Below, piece by piece: positions 10,881 to 21,619 of a stretch of 64,000 nucleotides of DNA. The DNA lies in assembly GCA_965206745.1 (NCBI GenBank), contig OZ242220.1:192001-256000 (forward strand), written 5' to 3'. Within the stretch, counting starts at the first letter, position 1, and every line of letters begins with the position of its first letter. The notes beneath the pieces are model-generated. The model was not told the origin of the DNA. It ran no database searches and was given only the letters and a program-made list of their open reading frames with translations. Origin of the DNA: Nitrosopumilus sp. GTDB lineage: Archaea; Thermoproteota; Nitrososphaeria; Nitrososphaerales; Nitrosopumilaceae. Made by a program: the position numbers and the translations under genes.

Positions 10881-11057
10881 ATGCCTCTGATTACAGTATC
10901 GATGTATCCTGGTAGAACCCGGGAACAGAAAGACGAATACGCAAAAGCAATCACAAAATCAGCAGTTGACATTCTAAAAACAAAAGAAAGTCACGTTATT
11001 GTTGTTTTTGAGGACAATCCCAAGGAAAATTGGTTTTTGGCAGGAAAGCAACTGTAG
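10881..11057 (+). CDS. 4-oxalocrotonate tautomerase family protein (58 aa)
   Basis: Below the ORF-track cut-off: MPLITVSMYPGRTREQK...WFLAGKQL, with N-terminal Pro and GR motif. Confidence 0.9.
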   Translation: MPLITVSMYPGRTREQKDEYAKAITKSAVDILKTKESHVIVVFEDNPKENWFLAGKQL

Positions 11058-11172
11058 ATGTCCGGTTATTTGTACCTAGAATGTACAATGATCAGAGTTT
11101 ACGGTACAAACCCAATTTTATTTTTAATTATTTTTTGAGATGAATCCAATTTTTGAAACAGATAATCTAGAG

Positions 11173-11219
11173 GGTTCTGGTCACAAATGGTGATCTGATC
11201 ACTGTATCTGATCAGAGCC
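11173..11219. repeat. 47-bp imperfect palindrome, dispersed repeat copy 2
   Basis: ggttctggtcacaaatggtgatc-t-gatcactgtatctgatcagagcc aligns without gaps to the reverse complement of 9879-9925. Confidence 0.85.
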
Positions 11220-11417
11220 ATATCAGCTCCTTTTGTACACTGATAGTGTCATAATTCTGATGATCTGTATGATTCAATATTTGGAATCAGGATGGTTGTC
11301 TCTTCCGTGATGTGGCAAAGAAAAAGCCCATCTGATAACGGCTAGCCGGAATTGCCACACAATCGGAACTTTTGATCACATGTTTATCCTTTTATTGTAA
11401 TGCGATTCATCAACTTC

Positions 11418-12224
11418 ATGAAGGTCGCAATAGTCCAATTCACAGCTTCAACCAACAAAGAGACCAACCTCAAAAAAATAACCTCGTTTGTTTCCAAGGC
11501 GGCATCAAAAAATGCAACCTTGTGTGCATTTCCAGAATTTATGATGTTTTACACAAACTCATCCCAGACTTCAAGACAATTGGCAGATCTGTCTGAAACA
11601 ATAAGGGGAAATTTTGTGACAACTATTGCAAGAGCTGCCAAAGAGAATAAAATTCAGATTGTAGGCTCGTTTTATGAGAAAAGCAGGACAAAAGATCGTG
11701 TCTATGATACGGCATTTGTCATTGACAGGTCAGGCAAGGTAATCTCTACTTACCGCAAGATACATCTCTATGACGCACTAGGATTCCAAGAGTCAGATAA
11801 GATAAAATCAGGCTCAAAAATTGCAAGACCAGTCAAAACATCCATTGGAAAGATTGGCATGATGATCTGCTATGATTTAAGATTCCCAGAGATGTCAAGA
11901 TCACTTGCAGTTGCAGGCTCTGAGGTTCTAGTGGCGCCATCGGCCTGGGTTAGGGGAAAGATGAAGGAGGAACACTGGATTACAATCAACAAAACACGAG
12001 CAATTGAAAATGGCTGCTATGTGATCGCACCGGATCAAGTTGGAAACATCTACTGTGGGAGAAGCTTGGTAGTTGATCCCTACGGCAAAGTGCTGCTTGA
12101 CATGAAAAAGAGGCAGGGAATCAGCATCGTGAACATTGATCTGAACAAAGTAAAGCAAACACGGAAGATTCTGCCACTGCTGAAAAGTCGGAGAACCGAT
12201 GTCTATCCTACTTTGAAGGCTTAG
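11418..12224 (+). CDS. Carbon-nitrogen hydrolase (nitrilase/Nit family)
   Basis: FPE, YRKIHLYD and ICYDLRFPE catalytic triad motifs. Confidence 0.95.
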   Translation: MKVAIVQFTASTNKETNLKKITSFVSKAASKNATLCAFPEFMMFYTNSSQTSRQLADLSETIRGNFVTTIARAAKENKIQIVGSFYEKSRTKDRVYDTAFVIDRSGKVISTYRKIHLYDALGFQESDKIKSGSKIARPVKTSIGKIGMMICYDLRFPEMSRSLAVAGSEVLVAPSAWVRGKMKEEHWITINKTRAIENGCYVIAPDQVGNIYCGRSLVVDPYGKVLLDMKKRQGISIVNIDLNKVKQTRKILPLLKSRRTDVYPTLKA

Positions 12225-12672
12225 CTTTCCTGCTCTTGCAATTAAAATTGCCACATTGCCTAGTCCATTTTTGATTCCGTGAGTAGCGGAAGATTATCAT
12301 CGGCCACTTGCACACGTCGCACGGCATCTTGGTGGCTCGCATCCTTGCCTTTTGCAGCAACGGCGATGATGCCTTGCATCCGCCATAATAGTTAGAGCAG
12401 CCCATGAATCGCTTCCTTGTGGATTTTGATCTAATCACCATCAACTCCCCAAGCTTGCATTTGGGACACGGCACCAGTCCGTTTTTTGGAGAGTTTGTTC
12501 CAAGAATGATGTATCTTTTTTCCTTCGATGACCAGGAAAGGAAGCCGTTGCTGTCAAAATACTGGATAATCTCTTTCTTAAAGATGCTAGTTTTTGATTT
12601 TGTAGTTTTGACGACATGTCTCATTATCGGTTTTTTGATCTGTACAGTTTTGAGACTTGGTTTTCTCGGCAT
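12208..12672 (-). CDS. Topoisomerase-type C4 zinc-ribbon protein
   Basis: CPKCKLGELMVIRS..RFMGCSNY..C plus a second CxxC pair. Confidence 0.8.
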   Translation of the reverse strand: MPRKPSLKTVQIKKPIMRHVVKTTKSKTSIFKKEIIQYFDSNGFLSWSSKEKRYIILGTNSPKNGLVPCPKCKLGELMVIRSKSTRKRFMGCSNYYGGCKASSPLLQKARMRATKMPCDVCKWPMIIFRYSRNQKWTRQCGNFNCKSRKAKPSK

Positions 12673-12727
12673 CTTCTATGATGGATTTCTAAAACAATTT
12701 TTATAGGGAAATAGGTCAGTCACATTT

Positions 12728-13882
12728 GTGGAAAAGGTTTGCGTTCTTGGTGCTGGTAGCACCAAATATGGAAAATTAAGCGAAAGTATAGCCGATATTA
12801 CCACTCAGGCATCAGTTTTAGCCATAGAAAATGCAGGAATCGATCCCAAAGAGATCAAGGCATCCTACATTTCAAACGTTTTCGGGGTTGCTGACAAGCA
12901 GGTCCATATTGGTCCGGTTCTAATGAGCAGACTGGGCATTCCAGACAAGCCGTCATTGACAATAGAGTCTGCATGTGGAAGTGGCTCTGTATCTTTTAGA
13001 GAGGCATATGCAAATGTTGCGGCAGGATTTTATGATTGCCTGGTTGTTACCGGCGTGGAAAAAGTGACCCATACTGGGACCGAATGGACGACAACCTACT
13101 TTGCATACTGTTCTGACTTTTTCTATGAGGGCCAAGCAGGCGCGTCATTCCCTGGACTGTTTGCATCAATGGCACGATCCTATCTGACAGAGTTTGATGC
13201 AACAGAAGAGGACTTTGCAGCAGTTGCAGTAAAGAACCATGATAACGGCTTTCTCAATCCAAAGGCACACATGCAAAAGAAAATTACTGTTGATGACGTA
13301 ATGAACTCCGCAGTGGTCGCAAGCCCGCTGAAACTTTATGACTGCTGTCCGTTTTCTGACGGCGCAAGCTCTGTTATTCTCTGTTCTGAAAAGTTTGCAA
13401 AAGATCATGGCGGTGACTATGTTGAAGTCATTGGTTCTGGCAGAGGCGGCTCCCCTGCCGCATTACAAGGACGCGAACACATGACAACTATTCCTAGTAC
13501 TAAACTTGCAGCGGCAGATGCGTACAAGATGGCTGGCATCACCGCAAAGGATGTTGATTTTGCAGAAGTACATGACTGTTTTACGATTGCAGAAGTTGTA
13601 GACACCGAAGACTTGGGCTTCTTTGACAAAGGACAGGGCATTCAAGCTGTTCGTGAAGGCAGAACGAAATTAAACTCTGACATTTCCATTAATCCGTCCG
13701 GTGGTCTTAAATCAAAAGGACATCCAATTGGTGCAACGGGGGTTGGACAGGTAGTAGAAGTATTTGATCAGCTGACTGGAAAGGCTGGTCAAAGGACCGT
13801 CAAAGATGCAAAAATTGGTTTAACCCATAACTTCGGTGCGACCGGAGCAAGCTGTGCTGTTCACGTATTCCAAAGTGTGTAA
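12728..13882 (+). CDS. Archaeal-type thiolase (acetyl-CoA acetyltransferase)
   Basis: ESACGSG, EVHDCF, GHPIGATG motifs. Confidence 0.93.
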   Translation: MEKVCVLGAGSTKYGKLSESIADITTQASVLAIENAGIDPKEIKASYISNVFGVADKQVHIGPVLMSRLGIPDKPSLTIESACGSGSVSFREAYANVAAGFYDCLVVTGVEKVTHTGTEWTTTYFAYCSDFFYEGQAGASFPGLFASMARSYLTEFDATEEDFAAVAVKNHDNGFLNPKAHMQKKITVDDVMNSAVVASPLKLYDCCPFSDGASSVILCSEKFAKDHGGDYVEVIGSGRGGSPAALQGREHMTTIPSTKLAAADAYKMAGITAKDVDFAEVHDCFTIAEVVDTEDLGFFDKGQGIQAVREGRTKLNSDISINPSGGLKSKGHPIGATGVGQVVEVFDQLTGKAGQRTVKDAKIGLTHNFGATGASCAVHVFQSV

Positions 13883-13883
13883 A

Positions 13884-14249
13884 ATGACTGTCGAAGAACA
13901 ACTAATTGAATATGCCAAACAAGGAAAGCTTGTAACCCACAAGTGTACCAAATGTGGATACCTCCACCTGTCTACTGCATATTACTGCCTCAAGTGTGGG
14001 AGCAAGGGATTTGAGGATGTTGTTTTGGACGGTGTAGGCTCAGTTGCCACTTATACGATAATCACCGTGGCGCCTGCCGGCTTTGAGAAATACACCCCAT
14101 ATGCTTTTGTCGTGCTTGAACTCGATAATACGGATTTGAGGATATCGGGGTTTATGGCAGATATTGCCACCCCCGCTGATCTGCCTGTTGGAACCAGGGC
14201 CCATATTGCCGGCTTTGATGAGCGCGGAATCATCATTGAAAAACAGTAA
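13884..14249 (+). CDS. DUF35 Zn-ribbon/OB-fold thiolase partner
   Basis: CTKC...CLKC followed by an OB-fold; directly downstream of the thiolase. Confidence 0.9.
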   Translation: MTVEEQLIEYAKQGKLVTHKCTKCGYLHLSTAYYCLKCGSKGFEDVVLDGVGSVATYTIITVAPAGFEKYTPYAFVVLELDNTDLRISGFMADIATPADLPVGTRAHIAGFDERGIIIEKQ

Positions 14250-14319
14250 AAAAATTTGCTTGAATTATTAAAAAAAATCAAAATCGACTCTTAATTGTTT
14301 TACATATGTGATGGTATTG

Positions 14320-14481
14320 ATGTCAGTCGAAATCACGTGTGGTAAATGTGGAGAAAAGATCACAGACATGAAGATGCTAAAGTCCCTAAAGGATGTACTA
14401 AACCCATCAAGTGGCAAATGTCCGTCATGTGGACAGAAACTTTCTACATCAGAGTTTTCACTTGATGTCCAGGAAAAATAA
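14320..14481 (+). CDS. Small zinc-ribbon protein (53 aa)
   Basis: Not in the track: MSVEITCGKCGEKI...KCPSCGQKL...QEK*. Confidence 0.75.
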   Translation: MSVEITCGKCGEKITDMKMLKSLKDVLNPSSGKCPSCGQKLSTSEFSLDVQEK

Positions 14482-14592
14482 ACAAGAATACTTTCCGCAA
14501 AGATCATTTTACAGTTTTAACGAATCTGTTTAAAACCCTGATAAGTTATCTAGTCACAAGTCTTATTTACTACATTAAATTTAGAAACAACA

Positions 14593-16773
14593 GTGAAACA
14601 GACCGAAGAAGATTTAGAATTAGATATTGATGCTGATCTGGACGACCCAGAATTAGATCTGGCTGACTCTGAGTTAGATATGGATGATGACGCAGATGAC
14701 TCTGGTTCAAAGAGAGGCGGAATCTTGCAGTCCACCTCAAAACGAGTCAGGATGATATTCTCTGTGATGGCAAGCCCAAACAGAATTGATATCCTCAGAA
14801 TCCTCAATTCCAAGGGTCCGTTAACCTATTCCGAATTAAAATCCTTGGCCGGCTTTAAATCAAAGAAGGAGAGTGGAAAATTTGCATACCACCTGAGAAA
14901 ACTGCTCAGGCAATCACTTGTCGCACTAAATAAATCTGAAAGACGTTATACCATTACAAACCTTGGCAAGCTTGTCTTGAGTCTGGCAAGACAGATTGAG
15001 GAGCGTTCAATTATTGAAAGCGGAAAAATGTATGTAAGGACATCCTCTGAATCAATTGAGGAATTCAAATCGCAGAAAATCATTCAATCCCTAACGCGTG
15101 AAGGCAGTCTTCCGTTGGAGCTGGCACAAAAAATTACTGAGGAAGTTGAAAATAGAATCTACAAATATCAGACAACCTACCTCACAGGCGCACTAATCAG
15201 AGAGATGGTCAATTCCGTCCTGCTTGAGCATGGCCACGAGGAATACAGGAACAAACTTGCACGCCTAGGCCTGCCTGTACACGATGTACACGAGATGATC
15301 TCCAATTTAGACGATGTGGATAATGGGGCTGAAGGGCTCTTGTTTAACACCGGACAAAAGGTGTTTGCCGAGTACCTGCTTACAAACATCCTGTCCAAGG
15401 ATGTAGCAGACTCGCATCTTTCTGGAGACTTGCACATCTCCAATCCCGGGGTTTGGTCCATGATTCCTGATACGATATTTGTCAACATCAAAGAACTGAT
15501 TGAGGACGGCATTGATCTCGGCGGAAAGTATCTTGACGTATCAAGAATTCCCGCATCAAAAAAACTCGATGAAATCACAAGCTCACTGTCTATAGTCATT
15601 GCCCTTCTTTCAAAAGAGGCCTCGCAAGAAATCGTGCTTGATGGCCTGGTTTCATTGTTTGCAAAACATTCAAAGTCCGTTCCAGAACTCGAAGAAAAGC
15701 TAACCAATGCATTTGCAACTGCATCGACAACCTCAAAATACAACAGGATCAGTACGAACGTCTCAATTCGTTTACAATTGGGCACTGACATGAAAATAGT
15801 TCATGCAATTATCAATGCATACAAAAATTACACAAAGATTACACCAATTCCAAAAATCGGTCTGATAATCGATGCTGAGAAGGGAAAGATTACCGACGTA
15901 TCAAAGTCCGCAGCCGAGATACTCTCACTTGGTGGAAAAGTAATGTTTGCCAAAGGCCAAACATCCAGTAGCGGTATTACAAACGGTTCAACAAAAACAT
16001 CCGGTCCACTCTCAATCATCTTGCAATCCGTTTCAATCAATCTTCCAAGACTGGCATTTGAATCAAACAAGGATGAAACTTACTTTAGGGCAAGACTTGC
16101 CTTACTGTTAAAGCCAGCTCTGGTTTCCATGGCACTAAGAAAGAAAGAGATTTCGGATCTTACGCGAAGGGGCCTGAATCCAATCCTTGCAAAGAATACC
16201 CAATACATGCAGAGAAGCTCCGTCTCCCTTGTGGTCAACCTTGTGGGACTCAAAGAGTCGGTCTTTCAGATACTTGGATTCCAAGATAACAAGGAAGGAC
16301 GAGACATTCTCAACAAAGTCATCGAGACTGCAGTCGATGTTGGCGCCAAAAAGGGCAAGGAATTAGGCGATACTGTGGCCATTTCCATGACTGAAACTGA
16401 GGGCTCTGCTCGTTTTGCCACGCTAGATGGTGAGAAATATGGCAAAAATTCAAGCCTAAACTCCATGGATGCCGACTCCTACTCCCAAAATATCACGATT
16501 AACGCCTCAGATGTCTCTGGCTACACTGCAAAAAGTGAGCCTATATCAGAATCCAACAAGCTATCAAAGTTGCTTAACGGAGGACTGCTTGTAACATTAC
16601 AAATTGACAAGAATGCAAAGGTTGAGGATATCAAGAAATCACTAGAGAAGACATCAGAACTTGTATCAACCTTCAAGCCTGTAAGGCATTCTGCGATCTG
16701 TGGTGAGTGTGGCTTTAAAGACGAACCATTTGATGCCAAGTGCCCAAAGTGCAAGTCACCTTATATTGTCTGA
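14593..16773 (+). CDS. ArsR-type wHTH + ATP-cone + degenerate NrdD-like barrel + Zn ribbon fusion
   Basis: SPNRIDILRIL..SELK..FAYHLRKL (wHTH); MYVRTSSESIEEF (ATP-cone); DVADSHLSGDLHI and VSINLPRLA (class III RNR-like); ends CGEC..CPKC. Confidence 0.8.
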   Translation: MKQTEEDLELDIDADLDDPELDLADSELDMDDDADDSGSKRGGILQSTSKRVRMIFSVMASPNRIDILRILNSKGPLTYSELKSLAGFKSKKESGKFAYHLRKLLRQSLVALNKSERRYTITNLGKLVLSLARQIEERSIIESGKMYVRTSSESIEEFKSQKIIQSLTREGSLPLELAQKITEEVENRIYKYQTTYLTGALIREMVNSVLLEHGHEEYRNKLARLGLPVHDVHEMISNLDDVDNGAEGLLFNTGQKVFAEYLLTNILSKDVADSHLSGDLHISNPGVWSMIPDTIFVNIKELIEDGIDLGGKYLDVSRIPASKKLDEITSSLSIVIALLSKEASQEIVLDGLVSLFAKHSKSVPELEEKLTNAFATASTTSKYNRISTNVSIRLQLGTDMKIVHAIINAYKNYTKITPIPKIGLIIDAEKGKITDVSKSAAEILSLGGKVMFAKGQTSSSGITNGSTKTSGPLSIILQSVSINLPRLAFESNKDETYFRARLALLLKPALVSMALRKKEISDLTRRGLNPILAKNTQYMQRSSVSLVVNLVGLKESVFQILGFQDNKEGRDILNKVIETAVDVGAKKGKELGDTVAISMTETEGSARFATLDGEKYGKNSSLNSMDADSYSQNITINASDVSGYTAKSEPISESNKLSKLLNGGLLVTLQIDKNAKVEDIKKSLEKTSELVSTFKPVRHSAICGECGFKDEPFDAKCPKCKSPYIV

Positions 16774-16985
16774 AAACCGTAAATGATAAACTAGTTCCGA
16801 TCATTTTTTGTAAATTTTTTGATCCATTTCAGAGTGCGATCATCGTTGACTGTCATCTGTGTTCAACCAGTATAAAATTCATAGTAGTGCTATCAAAAAA
16901 TTGACTCATTAGCCAATCAGATCAAAAATTTTCGAGCACACAAGTTATAACCACATTCATTCTAACCCCCTTCGGGGAGATTATA

Positions 16986-19637
16986 ATGGACAATTCACAG
17001 ATAGAAAATACGATCAATGAGATCCGCAAGCGCAGTGGAGCAGTAGCGGCTTTCAATAAGGACAAGATTTCAAATGCCATATTTCAGGCATTGGCCGCCA
17101 CCTCTAAAGCCGATCGTGGCGTTGCCGACAAACTCGCAGAAGATGTAGTCAACAAGCTAGTAGAGCAAGGATTTACAGGCTCTAGGGCACCTACAGTTGA
17201 AGATATCCAAGATATCGTAGAGTCAACTTTAATCGATAGCGGGAATAGCGATATTGCAAAAGCATACATCGTTTACAGGCATGAGAGGAGAAAGTTAAGA
17301 GACGAAAAAATGAAGGTCTTGAATCTCAAGGCCCTTGATCCAGTTTCAAAAAAGTTTGATTTGAACTGTCTGAGGGTACTGGCATCAAGATATCTTTTCA
17401 GAAATTCCAAAAACGAGATTACTGAATCACCTACTCAAATGTTTGAGCGAGTCGCAATTCTGGTTGGAATCGGTGACATGCTGTACGATTCACAACTCTT
17501 TGACAGATCCGGAAACAACAAACAGGACATAGACGAGGCAAAGTCCTATCTTGAAAAACTGGATGCCTTTGATTACAAATTCAAAGTCGGGGAATACTTT
17601 TTCAACAAATGGCATTTTAGATCCCTGATCAGCCACTATGTGACCCTTGCAAACAAGGGTCAGATGAAGGTAAGCTTCAAAGATCTGCTGACATTGCTGG
17701 CAGGAAAAAAACTCGACAGCTATTCAGATAAAATCACTGAATACTTTACAATGATGACAGGACAAGACTTTCTGCCAAACTCACCAACCATGATGAATGC
17801 AGGTGGAAGACTGGGACAGCTCTCAGCATGCTTTGTACTTGGAATGGAGGACGGCATGGAGGAGATCATGAAATCCACCTCTGATGCGGCACTAATCTTC
17901 AAGTCCGGCGGCGGGGTTGGAATCAACTATTCTAACCTTCGTGAGGAAGGCGACATTGTGGCATCAACATCCGGTGTTGCATCCGGTCCCGTATCCTTCA
18001 TGAATATCATCAATACTGTCACCGAAGTTGTAAAACAAGGCGGCAAGAGGCGCGGTGCAAACATGGGAATCATCGAGGCATGGCATCCTGATGTGGAGAA
18101 ATTCATCACAAACAAAACAGAAGCCGGCATTTTAGAAAATTTCAACATAAGTGTGGGAATCTGGGAGGACTTTTGGCATGCACTTGTCAACACTACTGAT
18201 GGCAACTATGTCCTACGCAGCCCGCGCGACAGAAAACCTGTCAAGGAAATCAATGCGCACCAGCTAATTGATCTGATTGCGTTATCTGCATGGAAGAGCG
18301 CAGAACCCGGCCTGATCTTCTTTGACCAGATCAACAAATACAACGTGTTTGCTAAAGCCAGACAAGCACCGCTTAGGGCCACGAATCCATGCGGCGAACA
18401 AAGCCTGTACCCATACGAGTCATGCAACCTGGGCTCCATCAACCTGGCAAATCTTGCAAAAAGACAGGCAGACGGATCCTACGAGTTTGACTGGCAGGGG
18501 TATGAGGAGATTATCCGAAAAACGACAAGATTCTTGGATAACATCATTGATGTAAACAACTATCCTGTGCCTGAAATCAATACAGCCTCAAAAGAGTCTA
18601 GGCGAATCGGACTTGGAGTGATGGGAGTAGCTGATCTGTTATACAGATTAAGAATCCCATACAATTCCCAAGAGGGGTACGAACTACAATCAAAACTCTC
18701 CGAGGCCCTGACATACTATTCCATGGAAGAGAGTGTCTCACTTGCAAGATCCCGTGGCGAATTCCCACTTTGTGCCAAGACAGAATATCCTGAAGGAAAG
18801 ATTCCGATATCCGGATACTATGAAAGACCAAAAGAGTCCCATTCATACGAGTGGGCTCCACTTGTTGAGGAGATCAAAAAATACGGCATCCGAAACGTCT
18901 TGACTACCACAGTGGCACCGACTGGCACACTGTCCATGATTGCAGACTGTTCAAACGGAATGGAGCCTGCGTTTGCCCTGGTGTTTGAAAAGAGAGTCAC
19001 TGTTGGAAGATTCTTCTACACAAACAAGATCCTTGAGGAAGTCCTCAAAGAGGAAGGCCTCTACACAGATGAGATTCTCGAAAAGATTGCAGACAACTAT
19101 GGCTCATTGAAAGGATTAGATGAGATCCCACAATGGATGCAGGATGTCTTTGTTACGGCAATGGACATCCATTGGGCTGATCATCTGATGGCTCAAGGCG
19201 TCTGGCAAGATTGGATTGGAAATGCAATTGCAAAGACAATCAACATGCCTTACGACGTGACAGTTGAGGATGTAAAGTCTGCATACCTGCTTGCCCATGA
19301 AATCGGTCTGAAGGGAATGACTGTCTATCGTGACGGTTCAAGGCACAAGCAAGTCCTTCACATGACAAGTGATAACGCGACAAAGACCTTTGAGGTGACG
19401 CCCAGCGGTTACATGACTGCATTTGTCACCAAACACATCACAAACCCCTACATAAAGTCGCAGATCAACACCTCACTGGCATTAAAGGTGCATGATGAGG
19501 AAATTCAGCTCGAATCCCCAAAGTTGGAGAATGTCTCTGAGGACAAACTGTGTCCCACATGCAAAAACAACCTGATATTCGTAGAGGGTTGCAGTATCTG
19601 CATTGAGTGCGGATACAGTGGTTGTACTTCTGGATAA
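16986..19637 (+). CDS. nrdJ: Adenosylcobalamin-dependent (class II) ribonucleotide reductase
   Basis: N-terminal ATP-cone; PNSPTMMNAG, LSACFV, ATNPCGEQ, TVAPTGT; C-terminal Cys cluster. Confidence 0.95.
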   Translation: MDNSQIENTINEIRKRSGAVAAFNKDKISNAIFQALAATSKADRGVADKLAEDVVNKLVEQGFTGSRAPTVEDIQDIVESTLIDSGNSDIAKAYIVYRHERRKLRDEKMKVLNLKALDPVSKKFDLNCLRVLASRYLFRNSKNEITESPTQMFERVAILVGIGDMLYDSQLFDRSGNNKQDIDEAKSYLEKLDAFDYKFKVGEYFFNKWHFRSLISHYVTLANKGQMKVSFKDLLTLLAGKKLDSYSDKITEYFTMMTGQDFLPNSPTMMNAGGRLGQLSACFVLGMEDGMEEIMKSTSDAALIFKSGGGVGINYSNLREEGDIVASTSGVASGPVSFMNIINTVTEVVKQGGKRRGANMGIIEAWHPDVEKFITNKTEAGILENFNISVGIWEDFWHALVNTTDGNYVLRSPRDRKPVKEINAHQLIDLIALSAWKSAEPGLIFFDQINKYNVFAKARQAPLRATNPCGEQSLYPYESCNLGSINLANLAKRQADGSYEFDWQGYEEIIRKTTRFLDNIIDVNNYPVPEINTASKESRRIGLGVMGVADLLYRLRIPYNSQEGYELQSKLSEALTYYSMEESVSLARSRGEFPLCAKTEYPEGKIPISGYYERPKESHSYEWAPLVEEIKKYGIRNVLTTTVAPTGTLSMIADCSNGMEPAFALVFEKRVTVGRFFYTNKILEEVLKEEGLYTDEILEKIADNYGSLKGLDEIPQWMQDVFVTAMDIHWADHLMAQGVWQDWIGNAIAKTINMPYDVTVEDVKSAYLLAHEIGLKGMTVYRDGSRHKQVLHMTSDNATKTFEVTPSGYMTAFVTKHITNPYIKSQINTSLALKVHDEEIQLESPKLENVSEDKLCPTCKNNLIFVEGCSICIECGYSGCTSG

Positions 19638-19683
19638 ATGACAGGATCACAACTTTTTTACTTCCTTTTCATTTTGATTCCAT

Positions 19684-20802
19684 ATGGACAAGAGGATTCT
19701 GGGCATAGCCGTGGCCGTAGTTCTGGGAATAGTACTGGCAGCTGCAATGGTATTGATATCCCCAAGTCCGGAAATCATCCCCCAAAAAACCAATGAAAAA
19801 ATTGGCCTTGTAATTAATTCCCCAAACCAGCCAACCACCTTGCCGGAACTAGACGGTGTTTATTCAGAGGCATCACACTCCGGAATCGGAAGAAGCAACG
19901 TCTACCTGTTTTGGAATCTGGTTGAGCCGGTGCGCGGGGAATATGACTGGCAACAGTCAGACACATTGATGAGCTTTAACAAAAAGAACAATCTCAAGGT
20001 AACCCTGTATTTTTCCATAATCAACGGTGAAACCCTTGGCCCCTTTCCGGACTGGATTGGAAAGCCGTCTCTCAACTCCATAGGCGAGGACCGAGTTGTA
20101 AGCGTGCTTGATGCGGTACTGGCAAGGTATGACATCATCGATACGGTAATTCTTTCCGGCCAGACTGAATCCCAATTCAGATTCCATGAGCAAAACATTC
20201 CTGTTTACAGGGAACTGTTCAATGGCGTATATGACAAAATCAAGGAAAAGCACCCTGAGGTGAGGATGGGAAACGCATTCTCGTTGGATCAGATTTTGAA
20301 TAAGAACCTGCAGTATATCGTGACAGACTTGTCCGTTGGTGATTTTATTGCCTTCTCCTATTCGCCAGTCGACATTCTAAATGATATTGTAAAAACCCCC
20401 CAGCAGGCAAAGGAAGATCTCCAACTGGTATTTGATCTGGCAGGAGATAACAAAGTCGGACTCTTTGAGATTAGCTGGAGCACGTCGGATTTTGTCGGGG
20501 GAAGTGAGGCAGCACAGACAGGGTTTCTAGAAAAATCCTTTGAATTTTACACCGAGAATGAACCAAAGATAGAATTTTTCACCTGGTACAGGCAGTATGA
20601 CCGACCTGAAGGAACTTGCATGGTTGAGGCGCCGACAATCGGGGATGACACCCTTGTAATCGGCGGTTCTGGCTTTGGAAGCAGCGAGCACGTGTCAGAA
20701 AGACTGAGTCACTACATTTGCAGTGCGGGCCTGTTTAACAATGATGGCAGCTCAAAGTCAAGCTGGAATGAATTTAAAAAGCAAATTGAAATGATCGGCT
20801 AA
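19684..20802 (+). CDS. Membrane-anchored glycoside-hydrolase-like TIM-barrel protein
   Basis: N-terminal TM helix; WNLVEPVRGEYDW typical of clan GH-A-like barrels. Confidence 0.55.
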   Translation: MDKRILGIAVAVVLGIVLAAAMVLISPSPEIIPQKTNEKIGLVINSPNQPTTLPELDGVYSEASHSGIGRSNVYLFWNLVEPVRGEYDWQQSDTLMSFNKKNNLKVTLYFSIINGETLGPFPDWIGKPSLNSIGEDRVVSVLDAVLARYDIIDTVILSGQTESQFRFHEQNIPVYRELFNGVYDKIKEKHPEVRMGNAFSLDQILNKNLQYIVTDLSVGDFIAFSYSPVDILNDIVKTPQQAKEDLQLVFDLAGDNKVGLFEISWSTSDFVGGSEAAQTGFLEKSFEFYTENEPKIEFFTWYRQYDRPEGTCMVEAPTIGDDTLVIGGSGFGSSEHVSERLSHYICSAGLFNNDGSSKSSWNEFKKQIEMIG

Positions 20803-20803
20803 A

Positions 20804-21472
20804 ATGATTTCCCTGATCCTCTCTGAATCCTCATTGGAGCTTGTTCCATCAGAATTAAGGCACCATCCATCGGTGGTTGCACACGCAAGAAAGCTTGGGA
20901 AGGACACATCGGAGATCTTGCTTGATAATTCCTGGCATTTTGCAGCCATGAAGGGAATTAAAGATGAGATGAAAAGGGGTCGGCCTGACCTGGTACATTT
21001 TTCAATACTTGAGGCCACAACCATCCCGTTATACCTTCAAAACAAGATGAAACTTTATGTTCACACACTTGATGACAGAGTAATATCGTTTGGAGAAAAC
21101 GTCCGCATTCCAAAATCATACCACCGATTTGAAGGAGTGATGGAGAAACTGTACCAAGAAGAGCAGATTGCAGCAAAAGGCGATGTTCTGTTGGAGATTA
21201 AGGAAAGATCGTTTTCTGAGCTCCTCGATGAGATCAATCCCTCGAGGATACTTGGCCTTTCAACAAAAGGCAGGAGGACCACGTATGAAAAAATTGCAAA
21301 GGAGATTGCCGGCGACTCCTGTATCGTGGTTGGAGGATTCCAGAAGGGACATTTCTCTGATTCAGTTGAGAACAAAATAACTGATCTCTGCTCTGTCGGC
21401 GATGAATCATTTGAGGGGCACGTTGTGGTGGCCAGAATGCTCTACGAGTGCGAAAAAACCATTTTTATGTAG
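20804..21472 (+). CDS. nep1: Nep1/Emg1 rRNA pseudouridine N1-methyltransferase
   Basis: SSLELVP, LLDNSWH, RGRPDLVH, RIPKSYHRF, VGGFQKG. Confidence 0.92.
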   Translation: MISLILSESSLELVPSELRHHPSVVAHARKLGKDTSEILLDNSWHFAAMKGIKDEMKRGRPDLVHFSILEATTIPLYLQNKMKLYVHTLDDRVISFGENVRIPKSYHRFEGVMEKLYQEEQIAAKGDVLLEIKERSFSELLDEINPSRILGLSTKGRRTTYEKIAKEIAGDSCIVVGGFQKGHFSDSVENKITDLCSVGDESFEGHVVVARMLYECEKTIFM

Positions 21473-21494
21473 GAAATCAAATTTCCACCTTATT

Positions 21495-21568
21495 GCAGTC
21501 ATAGTATAGCCTGGTTAGTATTCGGGGTTTCCAACCCTGTGACGCGGGTTCGAATCCCGCTGACTGCA
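21495..21568 (+). tRNA. tRNA-Gly (TCC), no intron, CCA not encoded
   Basis: Acceptor stem GCAGTCA/TGACTGC-A; anticodon arm cgggg-tt-TCC-aa-ccctg; T-arm GGTTCGAATCC. Confidence 0.96.
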
Positions 21569-21619
21569 TCTTTTGATATACATGAGAACCAATTTTTAGG
21601 CCAAGTTTCAGGTAATACC

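Noticed and set aside
14593-16773. Functional anaerobic ribonucleotide reductase (nrdD)
   Set aside because: No glycyl-radical motif and no nearby activase
16986-19637. Intein in nrdJ
   Set aside because: Catalytic motifs are contiguous; no intein termini or LAGLIDADG blocks seen
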